DNA from: a virus
Length of the DNA stretch: 28,620 nucleotides
Strand: one strand, 5' to 3'
IMG/VR virus record: IMGVR_UViG_3300050158_000039
Location: 1-28,620 of that record
In this document: piece after piece, positions 6,709 to 16,305 of the stretch
Numbering within the stretch: position 1 is the stretch's first letter
Layout of the letters: every line of letters starts with the position of its first letter
Position numbers and translations under genes: made by a program
The notes under the pieces: model-generated
Databases searched by the model: none
What the model was told of the DNA's origin: nothing
The model's input: the letters and a program-made list of their open reading frames with translations, nothing else

Positions 6709-7026
6709 TCATTGTCTCCCAATGTGCTTCAGAAATCCATCCATCAGGCCACTGATGTTACGAACACCAACGGAATTTTGAGAATGGATGCTATAGGCGA
6801 ATGTGTCAGGAATCGGCAGCTTGCCGTCCAAGTGTTGATCGATGATCCAATGGATCACACGCATTGAGGTGTCATCGCCGCCGAGGTCGTGATCGAAAGT
6901 GATCTCAACAGGCATTCCGTGCTTAGTGATCAGGTTGATCGCTTCTTCGGAAGTGCGAGCAATCCACCACCGATTCGGATTCGTTGGATGCCGTTCGTCA
7001 TCAATAAACAGATGCCAGTTGAACAT
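6709..7026 (-). CDS. cyclic-phosphate-processing receiver-domain protein
   Basis: LFIDDER, FDHDLG and IHSQNSVG motifs. Confidence 0.8.
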   Translation of the reverse strand: MFNWHLFIDDERHPTNPNRWWIARTSEEAINLITKHGMPVEITFDHDLGGDDTSMRVIHWIIDQHLDGKLPIPDTFAYSIHSQNSVGVRNISGLMDGFLKHIGRQ

Positions 7027-7031
7027 AAAGA

Positions 7032-7088
7032 AAACTCCTGATAACTTTCGTTAAGCAGGAGTTTACTATGCGTAGGGTAAAACGTCAA
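7032..7088 (-). promoter_or_regulatory. sigma70 promoter overlapping an RBS-covering/terminator hairpin
   Basis: TTGACG-17-TAAACT (7088-7060); inverted repeat AAACTCCTG/CAGGAGTTT. Confidence 0.6.
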
Positions 7089-7091
7089 CGC

Positions 7092-7859
7092 TTACGGTTT
7101 CATACCAGCCTTCAGGGCATTTTTCATGATTACATTCATGATTTGCTGCGATTGCTGACCAGCATACTTTGCAACAGCTGCCTGCAGAGCCTTCGGACCG
7201 TTTTGGCCTAGGACACGGAAAGCTGCCAACACTTGCTGCAGAGCCTGTTGAGCCTGTTGTTTTGACGCAGTTAGTTGAGCCGTGGTCTTTTCACTGGCGC
7301 GACGGGCGTCGGCTTGCTGTGATGCTTGAGCACCCGCTTGTTTGATATCTGACACGGCACGACCAACGCCTGATTGAGAAATCTTTTGGCCGGTTGCTTG
7401 CGCAGCGCCCTTCAAGAAGTCCCACGGTCCTTCGTTCAGCAGCCCAGCTTCGGCCTGATCGCGCATGAACTGTTCAAACTTGTATTCGTATCCGTACTTG
7501 CCGGGCGTCATGCGCGGCTTGTACTTCGGTTCCTGGGGAGTTGCAGGGGCAGCTTGTTGGGTTGGTTGTCGACCCATCGTTGGCTCAACTCGGTCCGTCA
7601 ACGTAGGAGCGTTCTGTTGAACGGCTTTCAACACCTTAGCATACGTGCTGTATGCCTGGACAAATGCGCGGACTGCCTTGTCAAGGTTACCAGCTTGTGA
7701 TGCAGCTTGGCCAGCCTGAACGATGTCTTGCATTGGTTGCGCGTATTGCTTGATCCGCTGGGCTGCGCTGTTAGCGATTTTGTTGCCAGCAGCACCGGCA
7801 GCACCCTTCAAGAAGTCCCACGGAGCTTCGTCGAGGCGGTTTACTTTCTTCAAACTCAT
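7092..7859 (-). CDS. Ala/Gln-rich hypothetical, probable virion-internal protein with internal duplication
   Basis: LDEAPWDFLKGAA and LNEGPWDFLKGAA; 20-bp direct repeat at 7408-7427 and 7804-7823. Confidence 0.75.
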   Translation of the reverse strand: MSLKKVNRLDEAPWDFLKGAAGAAGNKIANSAAQRIKQYAQPMQDIVQAGQAASQAGNLDKAVRAFVQAYSTYAKVLKAVQQNAPTLTDRVEPTMGRQPTQQAAPATPQEPKYKPRMTPGKYGYEYKFEQFMRDQAEAGLLNEGPWDFLKGAAQATGQKISQSGVGRAVSDIKQAGAQASQQADARRASEKTTAQLTASKQQAQQALQQVLAAFRVLGQNGPKALQAAVAKYAGQQSQQIMNVIMKNALKAGMKP

Positions 7860-7861
7860 GA

Positions 7862-8044
7862 TTAGTCCTTGTGCTGGTATTCGTCCGGATCGTACTTGCG
7901 ATACGGCTTGTTCTTAGTCTTCACGTAGTCACGGTGATACACAGCCTTAGCAGCTTTCTTTAGCGGCTTCTTTTTCTTGGCACCTTCATCAAGTTGCATC
8001 AATTCGCGCAGCAGTGACATTTCAGGTTGCTGTTCTGTTGACAT
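7862..8044 (-). CDS. small basic hypothetical protein
   Basis: MSTEQQPEMSLLRELMQLDEGAKKKK; tightly spaced with its neighbours. Confidence 0.65.
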   Translation of the reverse strand: MSTEQQPEMSLLRELMQLDEGAKKKKPLKKAAKAVYHRDYVKTKNKPYRKYDPDEYQHKD

Positions 8045-8045
8045 G

Positions 8046-8486
8046 TTAGTTACCTTTCTTAGAGGCACGGAGGAACCACGCCCATTTATTGTGTTGTTCA
8101 ATACGTCCAGCAAGGAAATTCATCAATCCTTGCAGGTTTTGTCCTTGGGCCGCTTTGAGTGCAGCTGTCAACGAAGTTATGACTGTTTGGTTATCAGTAT
8201 ACAGCGCATCCAACATTTCTTGCGCCGACAACGGTTTGTTGGCATCCTCGATTGAAGACAGCTCTTGGAAGCGTGAGAAACTTGCGGGGGTGTACGTTCC
8301 CAGCGTGCGAATCTGTTCAGCCATCGGATCGATCGAATCATACACGTCAGTGTAGATCGTCTCGAACAGCTTGTGCATTTGGTAGAAGTCGAAACCTTCA
8401 ACGTTCCAGTGGAAGTTGGCAGTCTTCAGGTAGAGTGAAAAAACATCTGCGAATGCAGTTTTCATTTGTGTCCGGACTTCTTCCAT
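8046..8486 (-). CDS. dps: Dps-family ferritin-like protein
   Basis: HWNVEG.DF...HKLFE..Y...D..AEQIR.LG signature; GAGG RBS. Confidence 0.9.
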   Translation of the reverse strand: MEEVRTQMKTAFADVFSLYLKTANFHWNVEGFDFYQMHKLFETIYTDVYDSIDPMAEQIRTLGTYTPASFSRFQELSSIEDANKPLSAQEMLDALYTDNQTVITSLTAALKAAQGQNLQGLMNFLAGRIEQHNKWAWFLRASKKGN

Positions 8487-8493
8487 AGTAACC

Positions 8494-8694
8494 TCACGTT
8501 GCATCGGCATTGTTGTAATGCCAGATGGTGTTAATTAGGCTGTTCTCAGCCTTGTCTGAAGTCGGAGCACCCTTCTTCTTTTTCTTCTTTTTAGAATCTG
8601 TGGGCAGCTGCACGTACGTCTCACCGCCATTGGTGATATCATCAACGCTCTCTTGAACAGGTGCTTTGGAAAGCAGCTCACGCAACAAATTCAT
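8494..8694 (-). CDS. small hypothetical protein with poly-Lys tract
   Basis: GGAG RBS, ATAAATA at 8714-8720, N-terminus MNLLRELL. Confidence 0.7.
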   Translation of the reverse strand: MNLLRELLSKAPVQESVDDITNGGETYVQLPTDSKKKKKKKGAPTSDKAENSLINTIWHYNNADAT

Positions 8695-8719
8695 GGTGAT
8701 TCTCCGTAGTGAGTATTTA

Positions 8720-8869
8720 TTACTCGTCTCCGGATAACACCTGTAGAAGCTCTTCGCGCAGTTGATGCGCAAGATCGATCGCAACGTAAAATTGATTCTC
8801 ATCCTCATTAAGTGTGAGGATTAAAGAGTCGATTGCGTCGACTATTTCATCAGTAGTTAATAGGTCCAT
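8720..8869 (-). CDS. small acidic hypothetical protein (49 aa)
   Basis: Hand translation MDLLTTDEIVDAID...LSGDE; below the ORF-track cutoff. Confidence 0.55.
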   Translation of the reverse strand: MDLLTTDEIVDAIDSLILTLNEDENQFYVAIDLAHQLREELLQVLSGDE

Positions 8870-8917
8870 GTCGCCTTGGGGGTGGTTAATTGAACCTATT
8901 TACAACCAGGGGAAAGT

Positions 8918-9097
8918 TTAGCCAAATAATACCTGTTTACCGTCGTTAGTAACGGGCACAATCTCCGCCAACATGCGCTGTTCGGGCGGTAGTTGTAGCA
9001 GTGTTGCCTCTGCTAGTTGGCGCGATGGCAGGTTGATTGCCACAACACGTCCCTGGATGATCACATTGAAGAATGTTTGACTGATTTCTGTAAGCAT
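8918..9097 (-). CDS. small hypothetical protein (59 aa)
   Basis: Hand translation MLTEISQTFF...KQVLFG; GGGAG RBS inside the 9103-9142 hairpin. Confidence 0.6.
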   Translation of the reverse strand: MLTEISQTFFNVIIQGRVVAINLPSRQLAEATLLQLPPEQRMLAEIVPVTNDGKQVLFG

Positions 9098-9153
9098 AGG
9101 TGCTCCCTCAAAACAAGTATCTACTCAGGTATTTTGAGGGAGTTACCTATCTC

Positions 9154-9432
9154 TCAGTACACGTCCCCATTATCGGTGATCTTTTGGTTCTCATACGGAG
9201 CTGCGTACCGCCGGTACAGTTCCAACTTAGTACACTCCAGAACGCCAATCGCTTCATTGAGCTCAGCGTACTTTTGGATGTATGACCGTTGCAGTAGTTG
9301 AGTGAATACGTAGTTGAGGTTGCCACAGTGTGTGTTTGTTGGGTCATCACTTTCCAGACCACGCAGCTCATTGAGTAGCTGGTCAATCACCGGGTCGAGG
9401 ACAGCACGCTTGTTTTGTGTAATGTATGGCAT
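9154..9432 (-). CDS. conserved phage protein (DUF6899-like)
   Basis: MPYI...GNLNY...LECTKLELYRR.AAPYE..KI..NGDVY pattern, recognised from memory. Confidence 0.7.
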   Translation of the reverse strand: MPYITQNKRAVLDPVIDQLLNELRGLESDDPTNTHCGNLNYVFTQLLQRSYIQKYAELNEAIGVLECTKLELYRRYAAPYENQKITDNGDVY

Positions 9433-9442
9433 ATCGTTTCCT

Positions 9443-10186
9443 TTATCGAGCGTCTCCGCTCCGTACAGTTATTTGTTGTTCCATTCCGGCTGTTTCCAGA
9501 TAATCCAGGAAGAATTGATACCGGTCGGCATGAGATTCAAATGTGGTCTTCACCAGTTCAACGCACGTCTTGCAGTATAGAGGTGACACTCGAGACACAA
9601 AGTGTGCTTTGTGCTTTTCTTCTGCCTCACCGCATAGCGAGCACAAGTAGTGAGAGCCTGACCGGCGGTTGCCGTATGCGTCACGCTTCAGGATGCCTTT
9701 GGGAAGGTTCTGGAGGTAGTCGTACAACGCACCAAAGTCATTGAAGATTTTGGTTGTTTCTGCTTGCATCCACCCCGGCACCTGTTTCAGCTCTCCGTAG
9801 GTGTTAACCAGGAACACAGGGATGTCAAGCATGAACGCTTCGTGCACCTCACTCGTAGTACCTGCGCCGCGTCGAACCGATTCATCATACAGGATAATCA
9901 CAGCATCAGTGTCGTTGCGAATAAGTGCAATGTCAGTATCGATGAAGTGCTTTCGGATGTTTGACTTGCGTTGAAGGATTTCCGAATCATCCATGAACCG
10001 ATACAAGTGACCGTGGGTATCGGAATACGCTAGATCGAGTTCTGCGATGTCTAGAGGGAAGAATCCCATCTCTTTCAAGTGCTTGCTGCATTCGCGCCGC
10101 CAGTCTGCTCCCAGTCCATCCGGAGCAAATTGCATGCCTCCAGACAGGTAGATATTGCCCAGCGGAAATTGTGGATGTTTTAGCAT
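9443..10186 (-). CDS. nucleoside 2-deoxyribosyltransferase-like protein with C-terminal zinc finger
   Basis: IYLSGGM...WR...D..LI...DAVI...GTTSE; CSLC...CKTC. Confidence 0.7.
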   Translation of the reverse strand: MLKHPQFPLGNIYLSGGMQFAPDGLGADWRRECSKHLKEMGFFPLDIAELDLAYSDTHGHLYRFMDDSEILQRKSNIRKHFIDTDIALIRNDTDAVIILYDESVRRGAGTTSEVHEAFMLDIPVFLVNTYGELKQVPGWMQAETTKIFNDFGALYDYLQNLPKGILKRDAYGNRRSGSHYLCSLCGEAEEKHKAHFVSRVSPLYCKTCVELVKTTFESHADRYQFFLDYLETAGMEQQITVRSGDAR

Positions 10187-10204
10187 TATCGTTCTCGCAA
10201 ATGG

Positions 10205-10234
10205 AAAAGCCCCGGAGCCTAATACTCCGGGGCT
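10205..10234 (-). terminator. intrinsic terminator
   Basis: AGCCCCGGAG/CTCCGGGGCT followed by a T-run on the minus strand. Confidence 0.75.
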
Positions 10235-10257
10235 CGAACCTAATTATCAATTAGGTA

Positions 10258-10974
10258 TTACATGCCCTCAACGGCACCACCAACCAGGGCGCGTGCAGCA
10301 CGGTTGAACACAGCGTCGAACAGGCGAGCCAGATGCTTGCCAATCTTCAGCAGCAGGTCTTCCAGTACGGTAGACAGCACTACGATCGGCCACTGCAGGA
10401 CCCAGAACGAGATCCGTTCCACGTTGTTGCGAGCCTTCGGGGTCAGAATGTCAATCAGGCCTTCTTCGGAGCTCAGCACATTCTCCACAGTGGCGGAATC
10501 GCTAGGCACAGCCACTTGCGTACGGCGCAGCGCATCCGGACGATTGGAGGTCACAAAGCGAATAAATGCCTTTCGCTTGTGCATCCGCAGTTGAGCTTCC
10601 GTCAGTGGTACGGGTCGACCAACGTCAACGCCAGGGATACTCTGCTCGCTGGTGACGGCAGTTGCACTGGTGGGGGCCTTGTACGATTGTTCAAACTCGA
10701 CGCGCAGATCGGAGATCGTATGACGAACGTGATACAGTTGTTGGAACCACTTCAGAGTGGCGACCGCAACACCACCACCCAGGTAGTAGAGACCGTACGT
10801 CGATACCAGGGTCCACCAACCAACATCAGTGACGTATTGTGAGACGCCGTCAATCAGGAAGAAGGCAGCGGCAAACGAGCCGATCAGAAGGAAGAAAGAA
10901 GTAATGTAGCGGTCCAGACTGAACAGCACAACTTCGCACACGAGCAGGGCGATGATTGCCAGGATTAGCAGCAT
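10258..10974 (-). CDS. membrane protein
   Basis: About three N-terminal hydrophobic segments and one C-terminal segment. Confidence 0.75.
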   Translation of the reverse strand: MLLILAIIALLVCEVVLFSLDRYITSFFLLIGSFAAAFFLIDGVSQYVTDVGWWTLVSTYGLYYLGGGVAVATLKWFQQLYHVRHTISDLRVEFEQSYKAPTSATAVTSEQSIPGVDVGRPVPLTEAQLRMHKRKAFIRFVTSNRPDALRRTQVAVPSDSATVENVLSSEEGLIDILTPKARNNVERISFWVLQWPIVVLSTVLEDLLLKIGKHLARLFDAVFNRAARALVGGAVEGM

Positions 10975-10986
10975 ATTGAGGCCTTT

Positions 10987-11556
10987 TCAAAAAGTTATCA
11001 GACTCTTGGCATCAGGAACAAGTCCGTCACCAAGCATGAACTCAACCGCATCCAAGTAACGATCGGTGTTGTTCAGGTTAAACACTGGGATCCCCCGCTT
11101 GGAAGCGAGGGCAATTGCAGAACCTGTACCACCGGTGTTACGAGAGTACGACTTGAAATCTTCACACCCGTCCGGTGTCCAGCATACCACACACCGGACG
11201 GGTTCGTTCAGATCAACGCCTAGTATCTGTTGCATGTTGCGAGCGATCAACAGCCTCGGAATAGGGGATAACTGACGCCACACAGGATGTATTTCTGCAG
11301 CTAGCTTCTGTGCATCATCTGTTGGGTGGCAGAGAGATGATGAGTGGTTGAAGAAGTTTGGTGACGGCAGGAAGATTTCCTTGCTGCCGACCGCGCTATC
11401 ACACCCACGCTCAAACGCTGAATCCGCGCCAGGTGCAGCTCCCGACCGTAGTGTCCAACCACGGTGGGCTGCAACAGAGGCAAACAGTTCCATTTGTCCG
11501 ATCACTTCATTTGGCGTTGACCGACTGCCGATTCCAGCGTACAGCTTCACAGCCAT
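10987..11556 (-). CDS. SLOG/DprA-like Rossmann-fold protein
   Basis: YAGIGSR.TP, LRSGAAPGAD.AFE, GGTGSAI.LA...IPVFNL. Confidence 0.8.
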   Translation of the reverse strand: MAVKLYAGIGSRSTPNEVIGQMELFASVAAHRGWTLRSGAAPGADSAFERGCDSAVGSKEIFLPSPNFFNHSSSLCHPTDDAQKLAAEIHPVWRQLSPIPRLLIARNMQQILGVDLNEPVRCVVCWTPDGCEDFKSYSRNTGGTGSAIALASKRGIPVFNLNNTDRYLDAVEFMLGDGLVPDAKSLITF

Positions 11557-11972
11557 TCGTCTCGTAGTTCCATCAGGATCTTGCCGAGCATGTTCTTTCC
11601 GTTGCTGGAACCAGCCGGACAAACGCCCCAGAACTTGTCGTTCCACCAATTGCCTTCTTCGAGATGTTGACCAGCGGTTGCGATCAGTCGCTGTTTGAGG
11701 TCTGGGTTTTGTTCAAACTTTGCGCGAACAATCTCCTTCATCAAGTCAACCTTGACTGATTCCCAATCTGGACGCAGCAAAACGTGCTTACCAGCACGTT
11801 TTGCAACGCCTGGTGACTTCATCCGTGAGAACGTTAGCCGCACATCCCGATCGAGGGACTTGGCGGCTTGATACGCATGTTCGCTGGTCGGCCAGACGAT
11901 ATTATCCCACACCATTTCCGCATGTGCGAAATTGGACAGGAATGCATTTTCTCCGTCGAACGTCTTAATCAT
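11547..11972 (-). CDS. NADAR (YbiA-like) family protein
   Basis: FLSNF, TSEHAYQAAK, KFEQNPDL, EGNWWNDKFWG, GKNMLGKILMELR. Confidence 0.92.
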   Translation of the reverse strand: MIKTFDGENAFLSNFAHAEMVWDNIVWPTSEHAYQAAKSLDRDVRLTFSRMKSPGVAKRAGKHVLLRPDWESVKVDLMKEIVRAKFEQNPDLKQRLIATAGQHLEEGNWWNDKFWGVCPAGSSNGKNMLGKILMELRDEWL

Positions 11973-12805
11973 TTCTTGATCCACCCAAGTTTTTGTGACA
12001 GCACATCGAAGAAGTTCCAAGAAGCGAGGTGCAGAATCTTGGCTGTGGTGATGTGGGGTCGAATTTGAATTTCATACGGCTTCTCTTCCGTATACACCTG
12101 ACGGCCTCGCGACACCGTCTGCCCATCATGGCGCACTGCAATCGTACCACCCCACACCGACAGACGAATCGTGTCACGTGCATCTGTGATGATCGGGCGA
12201 GACGTCATGGTCAGGGGGGCAACCGGCACGATCTGGATAACCGACAAGTTCGGCATGATCAGGGCACCGCCAGCAGACAACGAATACGCAGTACTGCCCG
12301 TAGCTGTTGAAATCAGGATGCTGTTTGCTTTGTGCACTCCGGCAAACGCATGGCCGACCAGCAGCTTGTAAGAAATCATCGAGTCGCTTTGAGCGCGTGA
12401 GACCGAGACTTCATTGCCTGCAAACATGTCAGAGGCGCTAGACCACAACACAATGCGGCGGTCAATCATTGTTGGTTCTGTGTCATTGATTACGCTAGCG
12501 ATTTGTTTCTTGATCTGAGCCAGGTGATCTTGGTCATTGCCGTGCTCAAAGTCAGTCAGGAAACCAACCTTCCCCATGTTGATACCAATTGCTGTTGCAT
12601 CGAACTGCGCTGCGAGTCGAAGTGCTTGCAACATAGTTCCGTCACCGCCAATCGCCACAATCAGCGTATCGGGCAAGACTTGATCGAGATCGACCATCCG
12701 CGCCCCCTCCTTGACAGCAACTTGACACACCGCCTCAACGACCCGACGAACCTTCGGATCTTGCTCACTGTTCAGTTTTGCAACAATGTGTACGGTACGA
12801 AACAT
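11969..12805 (-). CDS. nadK: NAD kinase
   Basis: GGDGT, GIN.GKVGFL, NE motif, TATGSTAYSLSAGG. Confidence 0.93.
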   Translation of the reverse strand: MFRTVHIVAKLNSEQDPKVRRVVEAVCQVAVKEGARMVDLDQVLPDTLIVAIGGDGTMLQALRLAAQFDATAIGINMGKVGFLTDFEHGNDQDHLAQIKKQIASVINDTEPTMIDRRIVLWSSASDMFAGNEVSVSRAQSDSMISYKLLVGHAFAGVHKANSILISTATGSTAYSLSAGGALIMPNLSVIQIVPVAPLTMTSRPIITDARDTIRLSVWGGTIAVRHDGQTVSRGRQVYTEEKPYEIQIRPHITTAKILHLASWNFFDVLSQKLGWIKK

Positions 12806-12925
12806 TATTCTGGCCTTGTGTATGGAGATAACGCGACTATATCCAATCGAATTAGCTTTGACAACAGCCAAGCTTTCACATCACCGTACGATAAATATCG
12901 CGTACTGACGTGAAAGTAACATCCC

Positions 12926-15900
12926 ATGAAACTCGACTTCATCCAGGGCATCGTATCGTATCCCTCTTCAAACAATCTGCAAGACTTCATGACGAAGTCA
13001 GGCCAGTATGTCTCTCTGTCCGTAGCGAACGGCCCCACCACCCTGGCTGTTGCTCACGGCGATGCAAACTATTTGTACACGGAGACGGCTAACATTGCTA
13101 ATGCTTGGGGGCCTATTCCTGCAAACACGGAATGTTGGCTGTATTGGGATTTCAACCCAGTAACAGCCGTTCGCACGTTTGGTTTCACTATCGTAGCTCC
13201 TACATACGGACCCACCGCTCCAACATTCCCAGCGTCTGATCTGCACTGGTTCAACACAACCACGAACCGGATGTATGTGTACGATCACGGCGCTTTCCGT
13301 GAATGTATTCGTGTGTTCGCGGCCAAGTTAATTGATTCCACATTCTCGGGTCTTGGAACGGGGATGACCAACGCGCCGTACGCTGGGTCACAGGTACGTG
13401 TGTATAAAGATGCGGCTGCTGGCCGCATCGTATGGGACGACCAAGGCACTCCAATCCGCCGCAGCACTGGTGAATTCTTCACTACAGAAGACCAATGGTT
13501 TGTTGACGGTACAGCGATCACCGCTGTGCGTCTAGAATCTGCCGTCCTTGACGGTATCGCACAGGAAAACATTGCCAAGTTCCAAGTCGTCAAGTATTCT
13601 GATTTTGGTAAGATCAACATTGCTTCATATAACGACACGCAAACAACTGCGATCGCAGTTTTGATGGAGGACTTGCTTTGGAACGAAGCAGGTGCCATCA
13701 CCGTTCAGGGCGTTATTACCAATCCTGCGTGGAACTGGAGTATTGTTGGGGCGCCGCTCTGGATCTCCAGCACACAACCGGGTGTGCTGACTGAGGTTGA
13801 TGCACACGTTGCAGATCCACTAACGTACCCAGCCAGCAAGCCACCCGTCGCTCGTGTACTATCAAAGACGCAAGTATTTTTCGACCAGGGGTTGGGCGGT
13901 AAAGGTGACAAGGGCGAGCCTGGTGACGCAAGCAGCGGATATGCGTCTGCCACCGTAGCAGGCGTCACTCGTCTTTCCGTAAACCCGGTTGATGCTGCTA
14001 TTCCGATTGCGGTTGGCAACAACGATCCACGTATCACTCAGGCGCTGCTGCGGTCAGGCGGCACAATGTACGGACCGCTGCAGCTGGTAGGCGACCCTGT
14101 GTCCAATTTGCAGCCAACAACCAAACAGTACGTTGATACAGCGATTGCTAACGCCGCGGATAGTGCAACACTAACCGCACACGTTAACAACACAAACATT
14201 CACGTGACGGGTGCGCTGAAGACTTGGCTAGACACTGCTGTACAGACACCAGTTGCTAAGATTGGATATCTAAACAACACCACCTCAGATATTCAGCACC
14301 AACTCGATGTGTTATCAGCTGCTATTGCTAACCCCGACCAGGGCGCCACGTCTATTACACTACAAGGCGATGCTACTGGATATTGGCAGACAACGCCGCT
14401 GAATCCAACATCAGCTGTGATTACTCTAAACTTGAGCGACAGTGGCATTAATGTTGGTTCTTACAACTCCGTCACCGTTAATTCAAAAGGTTTGGTAATA
14501 GCTGGGCAGAATTTGCCTTATTTGAATACCTCACAAGATAACACAATCACGTCACGGCTGTCGCTGAACTACACTCCGTCGTCGGCGTTGCACGCTGTTA
14601 ACAAACAATATGTGGATACCGCAGTAACAGGAGCATTGCCCAATACTGGCATTCCGGGCACATATCTCGTTGTAACGACTGATGTATCAGGTCGGGTTAC
14701 GTCTGGTCTAACTGAACTGACCGTGTCTGGCGACGTGTCAGGTGTGGTGAGTTCAACCGTTGCAACAAATCTGACGCTTGCGAACGTAGGCGTGTCGGGA
14801 ACATATACGAAGGTTACTACAGATGCAAAGGGTCGTGTTACTTCCGGTAGCAACCCCACCACTTTGACTGGCTACGGTATTACGGATGCTTTGCGCCTCT
14901 CCGGTGGGACAATGACCGGCTTGTTGACTCTCAGCGGTGCTCCTACACAAGACCTACATGCAGCAACCAAGAAATACGTAGATGACTACGTTGCAAACGC
15001 AACGCAGGGCGGTAACGTACACAACGGATTACTTGGATTGCAGGGCGGCTTCGTTGACGGGACAGACCTTCAGTACTATCACTTGTCCACTACTGAGCAT
15101 GCAACCACTCAAGCAATGGTTACCGCGTACACCAACAACAGTAACTCATTCCTACCAACAGTCCAAAGTAATATACTAACTACTTTAGCAACAGGATCGG
15201 GACTGCCGTTTGTTCGTAGTGGCGTAGTTACGATTGGGATGACGCAGAACGTCCCATCAACAAATACGTTGTCGCTCGGATTTGGCGATGTTACACGAGT
15301 TGACGGTTCTGGCACCAACCCCACATTGCATTTTCCAAAACTGAAGTTGGAATTAGTTGGAACAGCTGGATCTGAAGCGGTTGTCATTCGCGGGACTGCC
15401 GTGACAGACCCGTACGGCAGTGGCACTACGGTGGTAACAGACCCGAAACTGCTTTTGGCATCTTATGGTGGTGGAGCATTGGGTATCACCTATAACGGAT
15501 CGGATGCAATCTTCTCTGGTGCTATTGCGTATACATTTAATTCATCCGTGAACGTACCGTCCAACACCGTGTATGCCAACAGCATCCAAGTTACAAGCGG
15601 TATCATCAGCAACACTCCATCCAATGATGGCCACATCGCCAACAAGAAATATGTAGATGATTCAATTCTCACCGCCCTTACCGGCAACGCCAACCACAAT
15701 TCATTGACTGGCTTGCAAGGCGGTTCGTCGAGTGAATACTATCACATTACCTCAGCGCAGGCAATTGCGTTGGAAGCGATTCGTCCGTTCGTTGGGGTAT
15801 TGGCGCGGCGTGACGTGAATAACGCGTTCTCCGCGTCACAGAGCTTTAGTAACTTTCGTATTCAGGCGGTTGGCACTCCGTCCGTAGGTACGGATGCAGC

Positions 15901-16267
15901 AACCAAGCAGTATGTTGATGATGCAAAGGTTGAGCTACGTACAGCCCGCGTGCTTAGAATACCAAATGCAGCGGGTACAGTTACCATTGATTGGGCTCAA
16001 TACGATGAGGCACGGTTGGTTATCACAGCTAACGTAACTCTAGCGTTTACTGGAGCATTGGACGGGCAGCGTTGCATGATCAAAATTCAACAAGGTGGTG
16101 GAGGAGGAGGATTCACGGTAACACTACCAGGAACGGTTCGTTTCAGCACTGATGCTCCTAGTTATACAGCGTCCAGCACGTCGGGCGTATTTGATCGGCT
16201 GGGATTCATATACGATGGCGATGACGTTCGATATGACTTCATTGCTGTTGCGCGAGGGTATGTCTAA
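12926..16267 (+). CDS. long tail-fibre-like structural protein
   Basis: Repeated (A/T)xKxYVD motifs, GTYTKVTTDAKGRVT repeats, short collagen-like stretch; ATAAATA at 12891-12897. Confidence 0.8.
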   Translation: MKLDFIQGIVSYPSSNNLQDFMTKSGQYVSLSVANGPTTLAVAHGDANYLYTETANIANAWGPIPANTECWLYWDFNPVTAVRTFGFTIVAPTYGPTAPTFPASDLHWFNTTTNRMYVYDHGAFRECIRVFAAKLIDSTFSGLGTGMTNAPYAGSQVRVYKDAAAGRIVWDDQGTPIRRSTGEFFTTEDQWFVDGTAITAVRLESAVLDGIAQENIAKFQVVKYSDFGKINIASYNDTQTTAIAVLMEDLLWNEAGAITVQGVITNPAWNWSIVGAPLWISSTQPGVLTEVDAHVADPLTYPASKPPVARVLSKTQVFFDQGLGGKGDKGEPGDASSGYASATVAGVTRLSVNPVDAAIPIAVGNNDPRITQALLRSGGTMYGPLQLVGDPVSNLQPTTKQYVDTAIANAADSATLTAHVNNTNIHVTGALKTWLDTAVQTPVAKIGYLNNTTSDIQHQLDVLSAAIANPDQGATSITLQGDATGYWQTTPLNPTSAVITLNLSDSGINVGSYNSVTVNSKGLVIAGQNLPYLNTSQDNTITSRLSLNYTPSSALHAVNKQYVDTAVTGALPNTGIPGTYLVVTTDVSGRVTSGLTELTVSGDVSGVVSSTVATNLTLANVGVSGTYTKVTTDAKGRVTSGSNPTTLTGYGITDALRLSGGTMTGLLTLSGAPTQDLHAATKKYVDDYVANATQGGNVHNGLLGLQGGFVDGTDLQYYHLSTTEHATTQAMVTAYTNNSNSFLPTVQSNILTTLATGSGLPFVRSGVVTIGMTQNVPSTNTLSLGFGDVTRVDGSGTNPTLHFPKLKLELVGTAGSEAVVIRGTAVTDPYGSGTTVVTDPKLLLASYGGGALGITYNGSDAIFSGAIAYTFNSSVNVPSNTVYANSIQVTSGIISNTPSNDGHIANKKYVDDSILTALTGNANHNSLTGLQGGSSSEYYHITSAQAIALEAIRPFVGVLARRDVNNAFSASQSFSNFRIQAVGTPSVGTDAATKQYVDDAKVELRTARVLRIPNAAGTVTIDWAQYDEARLVITANVTLAFTGALDGQRCMIKIQQGGGGGGFTVTLPGTVRFSTDAPSYTASSTSGVFDRLGFIYDGDDVRYDFIAVARGYV

Positions 16268-16305
16268 CAATCAATAAATAGCTGACCCTACATAGGAATT
16301 TGTTT

